NCBI GenBank assembly: GCA_017860675.1
Contig: JAGDMV010000001.1
Location: 1-29,260, forward strand
DNA length: 29,260 nt
Reading direction: 5' to 3'
From: Chloroflexota bacterium
GTDB lineage: Bacteria; Chloroflexota; Limnocylindria; Limnocylindrales; CSP1-4
The notes beneath the pieces were generated by a model that was not told the DNA's origin, searched no databases, and worked only from the letters and a program-made list of their open reading frames with translations. Position numbers and translations under genes: made by a program. This document shows, one piece after another, positions 1 to 7,516 of this stretch (positions within the stretch are counted from its first letter, which is position 1; every line of letters begins with the position of its first letter).

Positions 1-48
1 CGTTCGAGCGGATGAGTGGTAGCGCGGGTGGTAGCGACCCCAAACCAA

Positions 49-75
49 GACCCCCGGAGGAGTCCTCCGGGGGTC
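49..75 (-). terminator. Putative intrinsic terminator hairpin downstream of tRNA-Pro
   Basis: Perfect inverted repeat GACCCCCGGAGG-(AGT)-CCTCCGGGGGTC. On the minus strand it is followed by a weak U-rich tract (TTGGTTTG) and lies 18 nt past the tRNA CCA end. Confidence 0.6.
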
Positions 76-93
76 ATCTCGTGCTCAGATCGG

Positions 94-170
94 TGGTCGG
101 GGTGCCGCGATTCGAACGCGGGACCTCCTGAACCCCATTCAGGTGCGCTACCAAGCTGCGCCACACCCCG
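94..170 (-). tRNA. tRNA-Pro (anticodon GGG)
   Basis: Reverse complement CGGGGTGTGGCGCAGCTTGGTAGCGCACCTGAATGGGGTTCAGGAGGTCCCGCGTTCGAATCGCGGCACCCCGACCA, 77 nt. It folds as a cloverleaf with anticodon arm CCTGA-ATGGGGT-TCAGG, T-loop TTCGAAT and an encoded CCA. Confidence 0.97.
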
Positions 171-178
171 ACCCGCCG

Positions 179-187
179 AGTCTAGCA
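179..187 (-). promoter_or_regulatory. Extended -10 promoter (TG-C-TAGACT) for tRNA-Pro
   Basis: Minus strand TGCTAGACT ends 8 nt upstream of the mature tRNA 5' end. Motif match only. Confidence 0.6.
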
Positions 188-279
188 GAGGCCGATCGGC
201 CTGCCCAGAGGCGCCCACCAGCCCGCGTCGAGCACCATAGGGGCGGCGCCAGCCCGGTTTGGCGTGCGGACTCGGCCGA

Positions 280-984
280 TCAGCCGTCCTGCCGGCTGAG
301 CCCGTGGGCCAGCTCGGCCAGCGCCAGCGGGTCAACGATGGTGATCTCGTCGCGGCCGATCTCCACCAGGCCCTCGTCGGCGAGCTGGTGCAGGTTGCGC
401 GTCACGACCTCCCGCACCGACCCGATCGCGTCGGCCAGCTCCTGCTGTGAGGCATGCACGACGAGACGGCGTCCCGAGTCCGTCGCCGACAGCACGAGGA
501 GCTCGCGGACCAGCCGCTGCCGGACCGTCAGGAACGCCTGCAGGGAGATCTCGTCGAGCGCCCGCTGCAGCTGTCGCGTCAGCTCCTCGGCGCAGGCATG
601 GGCGACGCCCGCGTCGTCGGCCGCCATGGCCCGCAGAGTGCCGACCCGGAGTGCGATGACCAGCGAGCTCGTCATCGCCTGGATGCTCTCCGGGGCCGGC
701 CCACCGAAGACCATCATCAAGCCCGCCACGTCCCCGCTCTTCGCATAGCGGACCGTGACCTGCCGCCCGTCGGCCGACGCTAGGAAGACCCGCAGCAGGC
801 CATTGACGACGACGATCAGGCGCGGGCTCTCCTCGTGTCGGTAGAGGAGCGCGCCCGCCGGCACGTTGATGCGGATACCTTCGTGGAGCAGGCGCTGCGC
901 CGCCGGCCGTGGAAGCGCGTGCAGAAAACCCCCCTGGAGCCCTGCCAGCGCAACCTGCTCGCGCTCGCGTTCCGGTTCGTCCAT
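280..984 (-). CDS. Crp/Fnr family transcriptional regulator
   Basis: Cyclic-nucleotide-binding-type beta-barrel (NGLLRVFLASADGRQVTV...GDVAG) plus a C-terminal winged HTH (SQQELADAIGSVREVVTRNLHQL...GLVEIGRDEITIVD). Start taken as ATG at 984; the ORF track uses GTG at 1011. Confidence 0.9.
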   Translation of the reverse strand: MDEPEREREQVALAGLQGGFLHALPRPAAQRLLHEGIRINVPAGALLYRHEESPRLIVVVNGLLRVFLASADGRQVTVRYAKSGDVAGLMMVFGGPAPESIQAMTSSLVIALRVGTLRAMAADDAGVAHACAEELTRQLQRALDEISLQAFLTVRQRLVRELLVLSATDSGRRLVVHASQQELADAIGSVREVVTRNLHQLADEGLVEIGRDEITIVDPLALAELAHGLSRQDG

Positions 985-1080
985 CCTCGCAACCGTGTCA
1001 TTGCCCACCACGGCCGACTCGACGATAACCCGCCATCAGCGCCGATCCTAGGGCCGGATGGGTCGATCGATCAGGCCGGG

Positions 1081-1096
1081 CGTGACCTTCGTCACC
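1081..1096. promoter_or_regulatory. CRP-type operator-like palindrome cGTGA-N6-TCACc
   Basis: CGTGACCTTCGTCACC lies in the divergent intergenic region between the Crp/Fnr gene and the DUF4177-like gene. The core and 6-nt spacing match the CRP consensus TGTGA-N6-TCACA. Confidence 0.6.
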
Positions 1097-1203
1097 TTCG
1101 CGGACGACCATGATCACCGACAGCGGCCTGTCGCGGTGGCACCCTGGGGCCATCGGACCGCGGAAGGGCCGCGGTGCGACCAGCAGAAGGGCCAGGGACG
1201 AAG

Positions 1204-1719
1204 ATGGCCACCGAGACCGCCACGGCGACCCGCACCGAGTACCGCCTGGAGCACCTGCCCGTCGAGGAGTACCACCCGGAGGTGAACCTGGCGAAGATCG
1301 TCGAGCTGCTCAACGACCTCGGCCGGCAAGGCTGGCGCGTCGCAGCGGTCGACCTGAGCACCGAGCCCGAGCACAAGCCCGCCGGGGCACCCGAGACGAC
1401 GCTCCCCGTCCTCCTCGAGCGGCCGGTCGACTGGAAGCGGTCGATCGAGTACCGGATCGAACGGATCCCCTTCCAGGACCTGCCGGAGCCGCACTGGGAG
1501 GAGCTGATGGGACGCCTCGCTGAGCTGGACCGAGACGGCTGGGTCGTGATGAGCGTCGATCTCACCTACCATCCGGCTCACTACAAGCCGGGCAACCCGT
1601 GGGCCCTCTACGGGCTCGAGTCCAAGTTCGCCGTGCCCGTCGACACGGACTTGGTCAAGGAGGCCGAGGTCGAGGTGAAGCCGGATCCCGTCTCGGTGCT
1701 GCTCGGCCGGGAGGTCTGA
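1204..1719 (+). CDS. Hypothetical protein with two tandem DUF4177-like domains
   Basis: Two copies of EY[R]..L/I...L..L(G/D)..GW.V..VDL...VLL.R (aa ~11-74 and ~81-171), resembling the DUF4177 EYK/GWE signature. ATG at 1204 chosen over GTG at 1174. Confidence 0.75.
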   Translation: MATETATATRTEYRLEHLPVEEYHPEVNLAKIVELLNDLGRQGWRVAAVDLSTEPEHKPAGAPETTLPVLLERPVDWKRSIEYRIERIPFQDLPEPHWEELMGRLAELDRDGWVVMSVDLTYHPAHYKPGNPWALYGLESKFAVPVDTDLVKEAEVEVKPDPVSVLLGREV

Positions 1720-1753
1720 ACCCGCGTACGCCGGCACAGTGGCAACCCGAAGC

Positions 1754-1782
1754 GTGGAGCCCGGCCCGCAGCCGGGCTCCAC
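1754..1782. terminator. Hairpin between convergent DUF4177-like gene and der, possibly a bidirectional terminator
   Basis: 12-bp perfect stem GTGGAGCCCGGC-(CCGCA)-GCCGGGCTCCAC, 3 nt beyond the der stop codon. U-tracts are weak. Confidence 0.55.
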
Positions 1783-1785
1783 CGT

Positions 1786-3288
1786 TCAGTCGCGCCGGCC
1801 GCCCACGCGCGAGCCGCCCGCACCCCGACGTGCTCCACCCCGGCGAGGCCGCTCGGCACCCCGGTTGCGGAACACCAGCCGGATCGGCGTGCCCATGAAC
1901 CCGGCCGCGTCGCGGATCCGGTTCTCCAGGTACCGGCGGTAGCTGAAGTGGATAGCCGACGCGTCGTTGGCGAAGAAGACGAACGTCGGCGGGGCGACCC
2001 CGGCCTGGGTCGCGAAGTAGAGCCTGGGCCGCCGGGTGCGGACCGCGGGCGGTGGCTGCCGGGCGACGGCATCGGCCAGGATCCGGTTGAGCTCGCCGGT
2101 GGGGATCCGCCGCCGGCGCTCGCCCCACACGTCGACGGCCAGCTCGAGAACACGGTCGGCCCGCTGGCCCGTCTTGGCGCTCAGCGAGACGACCGGGGCG
2201 AAGTCGAGGAACGGGACCTCCCGCCGGATCCAGCCCACGTAGCGGTCGAAGCTGCGGTCGGTCTTGCCCTCGACAAGGTCCCACTTGTTGATGGCGAGAA
2301 CGATCCCCTTGCCCGCCTCGACCGCGTAGCCGGCCACGTGCGCGTCCTGGGCCGTCAGGCCCTCGACCGCATCGATCACCAGCACGGCGACATCCGCCCG
2401 GTCGATCGCCTTGAGCGCACGGAGGGTGGACCAGCGGTCCTCGGCCGGGCCCGAGGCGACCTTGCCACGGCGGCGGATACCGGCCGTGTCGACCAGCACC
2501 ACCTCGCCCTGCCCGTAGCCGAGGCGGGTGTCGATCGCGTCGCGTGTCGTCCCGGGGATCGGCGAGACGATCGCGCGCTGGTGGCCGACCAGGGTGTTGA
2601 GGAGGCTCGACTTGCCGACGTTCGGCCGCCCGACCAGGGCGATCGTGACCGGGCCCGGCTGCGCCTCGTCCACCCAGGCCGCCGGCTCGTCGGGCTCGAC
2701 GCCGGCCGCCAGCTCGTCGGCGATCAGCGCGGCTTCGCGCTCCTCGGCGGCCGTGCGGGCACGGCGGGCTGCCTCGTCGGCCGACTCGGGCGGCAACGCG
2801 GCCACGATCGCGTCGAGCATGTCGGCAACGCCCCGGCCGTGGAGCGCGGAGATCGCCCAGGTCTCGGACCAGCCGAGCGACCAGAACTCGGCCGCGTCGA
2901 GCTCCCGCCGGGCGTTGTCGGCCTTGTTGGCTGCCACGAACACGGGCGCCGAGGCGCTGCGCAGGACCCCGGCGGCCTCCTCGTCGGCGGGGGTGAGGCC
3001 TGCCGCCGCGTCGACCACGAAGACGATGGCGTCGGCCTCGGCGATCGCGATCCGGGCCTGCTCCTGGACGCCGGTCTCGATCGAGTCGCCCGGCTCGATC
3101 TCGAGGCCGCCCGTGTCCACGACCAGGAAGCGGCGCCCGTTCCACTCCGCGTCGGCGTAGATCCGGTCGCGCGTCGTCCGGGCCTGGTCTTCCACGATCG
3201 CCGTGCGCGCGCCCACGAGCCGGTTGAACAGGGTGCTCTTGCCGACATTGGGCCGGCCGACGATGGCGATCACCGGCAGGGTTGCCAC
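1786..3288 (-). CDS. der: Ribosome biogenesis GTPase Der (EngA)
   Basis: Two G domains (GRPNVGKS twice, DTGG/DTAG, NKAD/NKWD) and a C-terminal KH-like domain (PPTFVFF...YRRYLENRIR...GTPIRL). Start GTG at 3288 (VATLPVIAIVGRPN). Confidence 0.97.
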   Translation of the reverse strand: MATLPVIAIVGRPNVGKSTLFNRLVGARTAIVEDQARTTRDRIYADAEWNGRRFLVVDTGGLEIEPGDSIETGVQEQARIAIAEADAIVFVVDAAAGLTPADEEAAGVLRSASAPVFVAANKADNARRELDAAEFWSLGWSETWAISALHGRGVADMLDAIVAALPPESADEAARRARTAAEEREAALIADELAAGVEPDEPAAWVDEAQPGPVTIALVGRPNVGKSSLLNTLVGHQRAIVSPIPGTTRDAIDTRLGYGQGEVVLVDTAGIRRRGKVASGPAEDRWSTLRALKAIDRADVAVLVIDAVEGLTAQDAHVAGYAVEAGKGIVLAINKWDLVEGKTDRSFDRYVGWIRREVPFLDFAPVVSLSAKTGQRADRVLELAVDVWGERRRRIPTGELNRILADAVARQPPPAVRTRRPRLYFATQAGVAPPTFVFFANDASAIHFSYRRYLENRIRDAAGFMGTPIRLVFRNRGAERPRRGGARRGAGGSRVGGRRD

Positions 3289-3295
3289 GCCGAGC

Positions 3296-4249
3296 TCAGT
3301 GCGCCGCGGCCGGCAGGGAGGTCGTCCGGCCGGCGGCCGTGGCCGCCTCCTCCAGGGCGGCATCGGCGAGGGTGCGCGCCCGGGCCGCGCTCTCCGGCGT
3401 GCCCGCGATCTCCAGCACCCGGGCAGCCACCGCCCGGAGGTCCTCGATCGGGGTGGAGGTCCCGCCGGTCACGCCGACGGTCTCGGCGTCGCCGAAGACG
3501 GCCGGATCGCCGAGGTCGATGGCGCCCTCGACCTGGAGCACCGGCGTACCGACGATCTGGCAGAGGCGGGTCAGCTCGCGGGTGTTGGCCGAATGGCGCC
3601 CGCCGACCACCACCATGAAGTCGACGGCCCGGGCAGCCTCGACCGTGTCCTCCTGGCGGCGGATCGTCACCGGGCAGATGGTGTTGACGATCTTGAGCTC
3701 GTACGCGCGCGAGGTCATCAGGGCGGCCAGCCGCTCGAACTTCCAGGGAGGCTGGGTCGACTGCGTGATCAGTGCCATGCGCCTGCGGCGCGGGATGCGC
3801 TCCCACTCTTCCTCGTCGTCGACCACGATCGCGTCCGGGGCGAACCCGAGCAGGCCGACGACCTCGGGGTGATTCCGGGTCCCGAGCAGGACGATGGTGT
3901 AGCCCTCGTGCACCAGCTCGGCCAGGCGCTTCTGCTCTGCGATGACCCACGAGCAGGTGCCGTCGACCACGTCGAGCTGGCGGGCGGATGCGTCCGCCCG
4001 CACAGCGGGGGTGACCCCATGGGCCCGGATGACGACGGTGGCGCCCGCCTCGGCCTCGTCCAGGCTGGCGATCGGCCGGACGCCGCGCGACTCGAGGTCG
4101 TGGATCACGCCCTCGTTGTGGACAACCTGGCCGAGGGTATGCGTGCGCCGGCCGGCGTCGGCGGCCTCCTTGGCCTTGTCGACGGCCTCGCGCACCCCGT
4201 AGCAGAACCCCGTCCGGCGGGTGATCCGGACGTCACTGACGTTCCCCAT
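3296..4249 (-). CDS. ispH: 4-hydroxy-3-methylbut-2-enyl diphosphate reductase
   Basis: GFCYGV, VHN, IRAHG, DGTC, HPEV, TIC..T..RQ, VGG.HSAN and GVTGGTSTP motifs. All three Fe-S cysteines are present. Confidence 0.95.
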   Translation of the reverse strand: MGNVSDVRITRRTGFCYGVREAVDKAKEAADAGRRTHTLGQVVHNEGVIHDLESRGVRPIASLDEAEAGATVVIRAHGVTPAVRADASARQLDVVDGTCSWVIAEQKRLAELVHEGYTIVLLGTRNHPEVVGLLGFAPDAIVVDDEEEWERIPRRRRMALITQSTQPPWKFERLAALMTSRAYELKIVNTICPVTIRRQEDTVEAARAVDFMVVVGGRHSANTRELTRLCQIVGTPVLQVEGAIDLGDPAVFGDAETVGVTGGTSTPIEDLRAVAARVLEIAGTPESAARARTLADAALEEAATAAGRTTSLPAAAH

Positions 4250-4258
4250 CGCCGGGCG

Positions 4259-4267
4259 ATTATGGCA
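4259..4267 (-). promoter_or_regulatory. Extended -10 (TG-C-CATAAT) upstream of ispH, near-leaderless
   Basis: Motif ends 9 nt before the ispH ATG, with no Shine-Dalgarno sequence in between. Confidence 0.55.
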
Positions 4268-4321
4268 CGCGACCCCGTTCGCACCGCCCGGAGGGCCCCG
4301 GCCTGGGCGGGGGCGGCTCGC

Positions 4322-5086
4322 CTACTGGTTCGCCGGCGAGCTCGCAGTGGAGGGCAGCCCGGCACCGTAGACGCCGCGGCTGTCCTCCGGCAGGAGCCGG
4401 GCGATCTGGGTCATCAGCCGCTCGGTGACCTCCTCGAGCGTCTCCTTCCGGCCGTCGGCCAGCACCTGCCGCTCGACGCGGAATGGCTCGCCGACCCGCA
4501 GCGTCACCCGCCCGCCGACGCGCCAGAGCGTCCGTCCGCGCGGCCAGAGCCAATGGGTGCCGACACACCCCACCGGCAGCACCGCCGCCCCCGTGCGCAG
4601 GGCGAGCAGGGCGACGCCTTCCTTGGCAGCCTGGAGCCGTCCGTCCTGGCTGCGGGTCCCCTCGGGGAACGCGCCGAGCACGCGGCCGTCGTCCAGGACG
4701 CGCCGGGCCAGGCGGAAGGCCTCCGTGTCGGCGGACCCGCGCCGGATTCCGAACGCCCCGATTCGCTTGAAGAACCAGCCGGGGACGGTGGGGTCGATCA
4801 GCTCGGCCTTGGCCATCCAGTGGACCGGCCTGCCGAGGGCCGGAACCAGCCAGCAGTGAATCAGCGGCGGGTCGGCATGGGAGGCGTGGTTCGAGGCGAT
4901 GATGAGTGCGCCCTCGCGCGGGACGTGCTCGAGGCCTTCGACACGCACGCGGGTGAAGCAGCGAAACATCACCCGACCGAAGGCGCACGAGGCGCGGATC
5001 AGCCAGGGCAGCCGGTCGGGCGGCAGGGCGAACGCTTCCTCTTCGGCCGTTGACCGGTGGCGCCGGGCGCCCGGCTCGCTGGTCAT
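4322..5086 (-). CDS. plsC: 1-acyl-sn-glycerol-3-phosphate acyltransferase (lysophospholipid acyltransferase)
   Basis: NHASHAD (NHxSxxD), MAKAEL and FPEGTRS motifs. ATG overlaps the cmk stop (ATGA). Confidence 0.9.
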   Translation of the reverse strand: MTSEPGARRHRSTAEEEAFALPPDRLPWLIRASCAFGRVMFRCFTRVRVEGLEHVPREGALIIASNHASHADPPLIHCWLVPALGRPVHWMAKAELIDPTVPGWFFKRIGAFGIRRGSADTEAFRLARRVLDDGRVLGAFPEGTRSQDGRLQAAKEGVALLALRTGAAVLPVGCVGTHWLWPRGRTLWRVGGRVTLRVGEPFRVERQVLADGRKETLEEVTERLMTQIARLLPEDSRGVYGAGLPSTASSPANQ

Positions 5087-5781
5087 CTGCTCCCCTCCCC
5101 TGCCGGTGCCGCGGCATGGACGATCGCCAGCACGGCCTCCACGGTCTGCTCGAAGTCGAGCGAGTCGGTGACGACGATGGAAGCGTCGGGAGCGGGCCGG
5201 GCCGGGGCCGCGGCGCGGCCCGTGTCGGTCGCGTCGCGCCTCCGGAGGTCGGCCAGGATCCGCTCGGCCGCCGGGCTTCCCGGCGCATGGCCGCGCTCCC
5301 TCGCCCGGCGCGCAGCGCGCGCCTCGGTCGAGGCGTCCAGCCAGATCTTCCGGTCGGCCGCGGGCAGGACCACGGTGCCGATGTCACGTCCCGCCAGGAC
5401 GATCCCGCCGCCCTCCGCGTAGGCCCGCTGGCGCGGGAGCAGGGCGGCGCGGACCACCGGCTGACGGGCGACCTCGGGCACCCGTCGCTCGACCGCGGCG
5501 GTCTGGATCTCTGTGGCGACCTCGCGCCCGTCCACGAAGACGCGGGTCAGCCGGCCGCGGTCGTCAGGGACCAGGTCGACCTCGGCCACGAGCGCGGCCA
5601 CCGCCGGCCCGTCGGCCGGGTCGATCGCTCGCTGGAGCGCCAGCCAGGTGACCGCGCGGTACAGCAGACCGGTGTCGAGGAAGCGGTAGCCGAGCCGGGC
5701 TGCCACCGCGGCACCGACGGAGCTCTTGCCCGACGAGGCAGGGCCGTCGATGGCGATGACGAGCGGGTGCCGGTCAGTCAC
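5083..5781 (-). CDS. cmk: Cytidylate kinase
   Basis: IAIDGPASSGKS P-loop, LDTGLLYRA, and GRDIGTVVLP.A..KIWL.AS.E.RA.RR motifs. Confidence 0.96.
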   Translation of the reverse strand: MTDRHPLVIAIDGPASSGKSSVGAAVAARLGYRFLDTGLLYRAVTWLALQRAIDPADGPAVAALVAEVDLVPDDRGRLTRVFVDGREVATEIQTAAVERRVPEVARQPVVRAALLPRQRAYAEGGGIVLAGRDIGTVVLPAADRKIWLDASTEARAARRARERGHAPGSPAAERILADLRRRDATDTGRAAAPARPAPDASIVVTDSLDFEQTVEAVLAIVHAAAPAGEGSR

Positions 5782-5790
5782 GGTGGGCCG

Positions 5791-5796
5791 ATCATA
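5791..5796 (-). promoter_or_regulatory. -10 hexamer TATGAT upstream of cmk, near-leaderless
   Basis: Lies in the rluB-cmk gap, 9 nt before the cmk GTG, with no Shine-Dalgarno sequence. Confidence 0.5.
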
Positions 5797-5820
5797 CGGG
5801 CTGGCCCGTCGTCCGGATGC

Positions 5821-6717
5821 TCACCCGTGCGGGCGAGGGCGGCCGGATGCCCGCCTCGACGCGCGCGGGCGTTCGGCGGCGACGACAGTCGCCGACGAGC
5901 CACCGGCAGGAGCCCCTGTCATCGACCGTGTCCCCGCCGGCACCCGTGACGGGCTCCCGGCGAGACGCTCCACCTCGATCGTCGTCAGCTCGCGGACGGC
6001 GCCCGACTCGAGGTCGTCGAGCCGGACCGTCCCGATCCTCACGCGCACCAGCCGCGCGACCGGGGCACCGACGGCGGCGAGCATCCGCCGAACCTGGCGC
6101 TTCCAGCCCTGGGCCAGGACGAGCCGGTACCAGGCCAGCCCGGGCGCCGGCAGTGGGTCGAGCAGCTCGCCGAGGCGGACCGTCTCGGTCGCTGCCTGGT
6201 GCCTGATGGAGATCACCCTGGCCAGGCCTTCCTCGAGGCGGACCCCGGCGGCGAGCGCGTCCAGGGCCTCCCGGGCGAGCGGCCGGGTCACGGCGACCGC
6301 GTATTCGCGCTCGACGCCGCCGCGCGGGTGGATCACCCGGTCGGCCCAGGGGCCGTCGTTGGTCAGCAGCAGCAGGCCCTCGGAGTCGCGATCGAGCCGG
6401 CCGACCGGGTACAGCCTGGTCGCCGGTGGCACGAGGCCCGGCGGCACGAGATCGAGGACGGTCCGTGCGGCATGCCGGTCGGCGACCGTCGCGGTGACCC
6501 CGGCCGGCTTGTGGAGCGCGAGGTGGACGAGCGCCTGGGCGGGCCCGACGGGCCGTCCGTCCACGGCCACCACGCTCTGCACCGGGTCGGCGCGCTCGCC
6601 CAGGGACGCAGGCCGGCCGTCGATCGTGACCCGCCCGGCGGCCACGAGCTCGTCGGCGCCGCGGCGCGAGGCGATGCCGGCAGCCGCCAGGATCCGGCTG
6701 ATCCGTTCCTCAGGCAT
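5821..6717 (-). CDS. rluB: rRNA pseudouridine synthase (RsuA/RluB family)
   Basis: N-terminal S4 domain (ERISRILAAAGIASRRGADEL) and catalytic GRLDRDSEGLLLLTNDG. ATG at 6717 overlaps the scpB stop. Confidence 0.9.
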   Translation of the reverse strand: MPEERISRILAAAGIASRRGADELVAAGRVTIDGRPASLGERADPVQSVVAVDGRPVGPAQALVHLALHKPAGVTATVADRHAARTVLDLVPPGLVPPATRLYPVGRLDRDSEGLLLLTNDGPWADRVIHPRGGVEREYAVAVTRPLAREALDALAAGVRLEEGLARVISIRHQAATETVRLGELLDPLPAPGLAWYRLVLAQGWKRQVRRMLAAVGAPVARLVRVRIGTVRLDDLESGAVRELTTIEVERLAGSPSRVPAGTRSMTGAPAGGSSATVVAAERPRASRRASGRPRPHG

Positions 6718-7516
6718 CGCCGGCCGGGCCGGCCCCGGCCACCGGTTCTGCGTCAGCGTTGGGTGCTGCCTCCACCCCGGAGCCCGCCGCGCCCGCGCGA
6801 TCACCCGGATCGCCGCCGACGCCCTCGTTGCCGTCGACGACCGGGGCCTGCACGCCGCCGTCCCCCCCGCCGGCTGCGCGCAACCGCTCCTCGATCTCCG
6901 CCTCGAGCACAGGGAGATCGTCCAGGCTCGCCAGCCCGAACCGCTCGAGGAACTCGTAGCCCGTGCCGTAGAGGAAGGGCCTGCCCGGTGTCGGGGCGCG
7001 CCCCAGCTCCACCACCAGCCGCCGGTGGAGGAGTACGCGCAGGACGTAGTCCGAGTCCACGCCCCGGATGCGCTCGACCACGGCCCTCGTCACCGGCTGG
7101 CGGTAGACCACGATGGCAAGGGTCTCGAGCATGGCCGGCGAGAGCCGGGTCGGGTCGCCGCCAACATAGCGTCCGACCAGGCCGCCGGTCTCGGGGGCGG
7201 TGGCCAGGGCCACGCGGTCGCCCGCCGCGACCAGCCGGATGCCGCGGCCGGTGAGGCTGACCTCCAGGTCGCCAAGGAGCTCGTCCACCCGCTCGCCCGT
7301 CGCGCCCGCCAGCGAGGCGATCTCGCGGCGAGCGAGCGGCCGCTCGGCGATGAACAGGAGGGCCTCGAGATCGGCCTCGGTCAGGGCACGGCCGGACTCG
7401 GCGCCGCCGGGCTCGTCGGGGGCCTGCCGCCGATCCCCTGCGGGTTCTGTCTCGTCGGGCACCGCGACGTCCACGCTGTGGTCTCCGACCGAGCCCGTGC
7501 CGTACGCTTCGCTCAC
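6710..7516 (-). CDS. scpB: SMC-Scp complex subunit ScpB
   Basis: LEALLF, LETLAIVVYRQPVTR..VERIRGV, G.P.LYGT..EFLERFGL.SL.DLP motifs. GTG at 7516 overlaps the scpA stop (GTGA). Confidence 0.94.
   Translation of the reverse strand: MSEAYGTGSVGDHSVDVAVPDETEPAGDRRQAPDEPGGAESGRALTEADLEALLFIAERPLARREIASLAGATGERVDELLGDLEVSLTGRGIRLVAAGDRVALATAPETGGLVGRYVGGDPTRLSPAMLETLAIVVYRQPVTRAVVERIRGVDSDYVLRVLLHRRLVVELGRAPTPGRPFLYGTGYEFLERFGLASLDDLPVLEAEIEERLRAAGGGDGGVQAPVVDGNEGVGGDPGDRAGAAGSGVEAAPNADAEPVAGAGPAGDA

Noticed and set aside
1-36. Second tRNA fragment suggested by GTTCGAG and repeated GTGGTAGCG
   Set aside because: No T-stem closure or cloverleaf can be formed. It may be the end of a plus-strand gene, but too little sequence is visible.
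94-170. tRNA-Pro as the attachment site of an integrated element
   Set aside because: No duplicated tRNA 3' fragment and no mobile-element integrase in the window (xerD is the chromosomal recombinase). Sequence beyond the left edge is not visible.
1062-1074. FNR-type box in the Crp/DUF4177 intergenic region (TCGATCGATCA)
   Set aside because: It does not fit TTGAT-N4-ATCAA, and the regulator's helix is CRP-type (RE...R). It is more likely chance GATC repeats.
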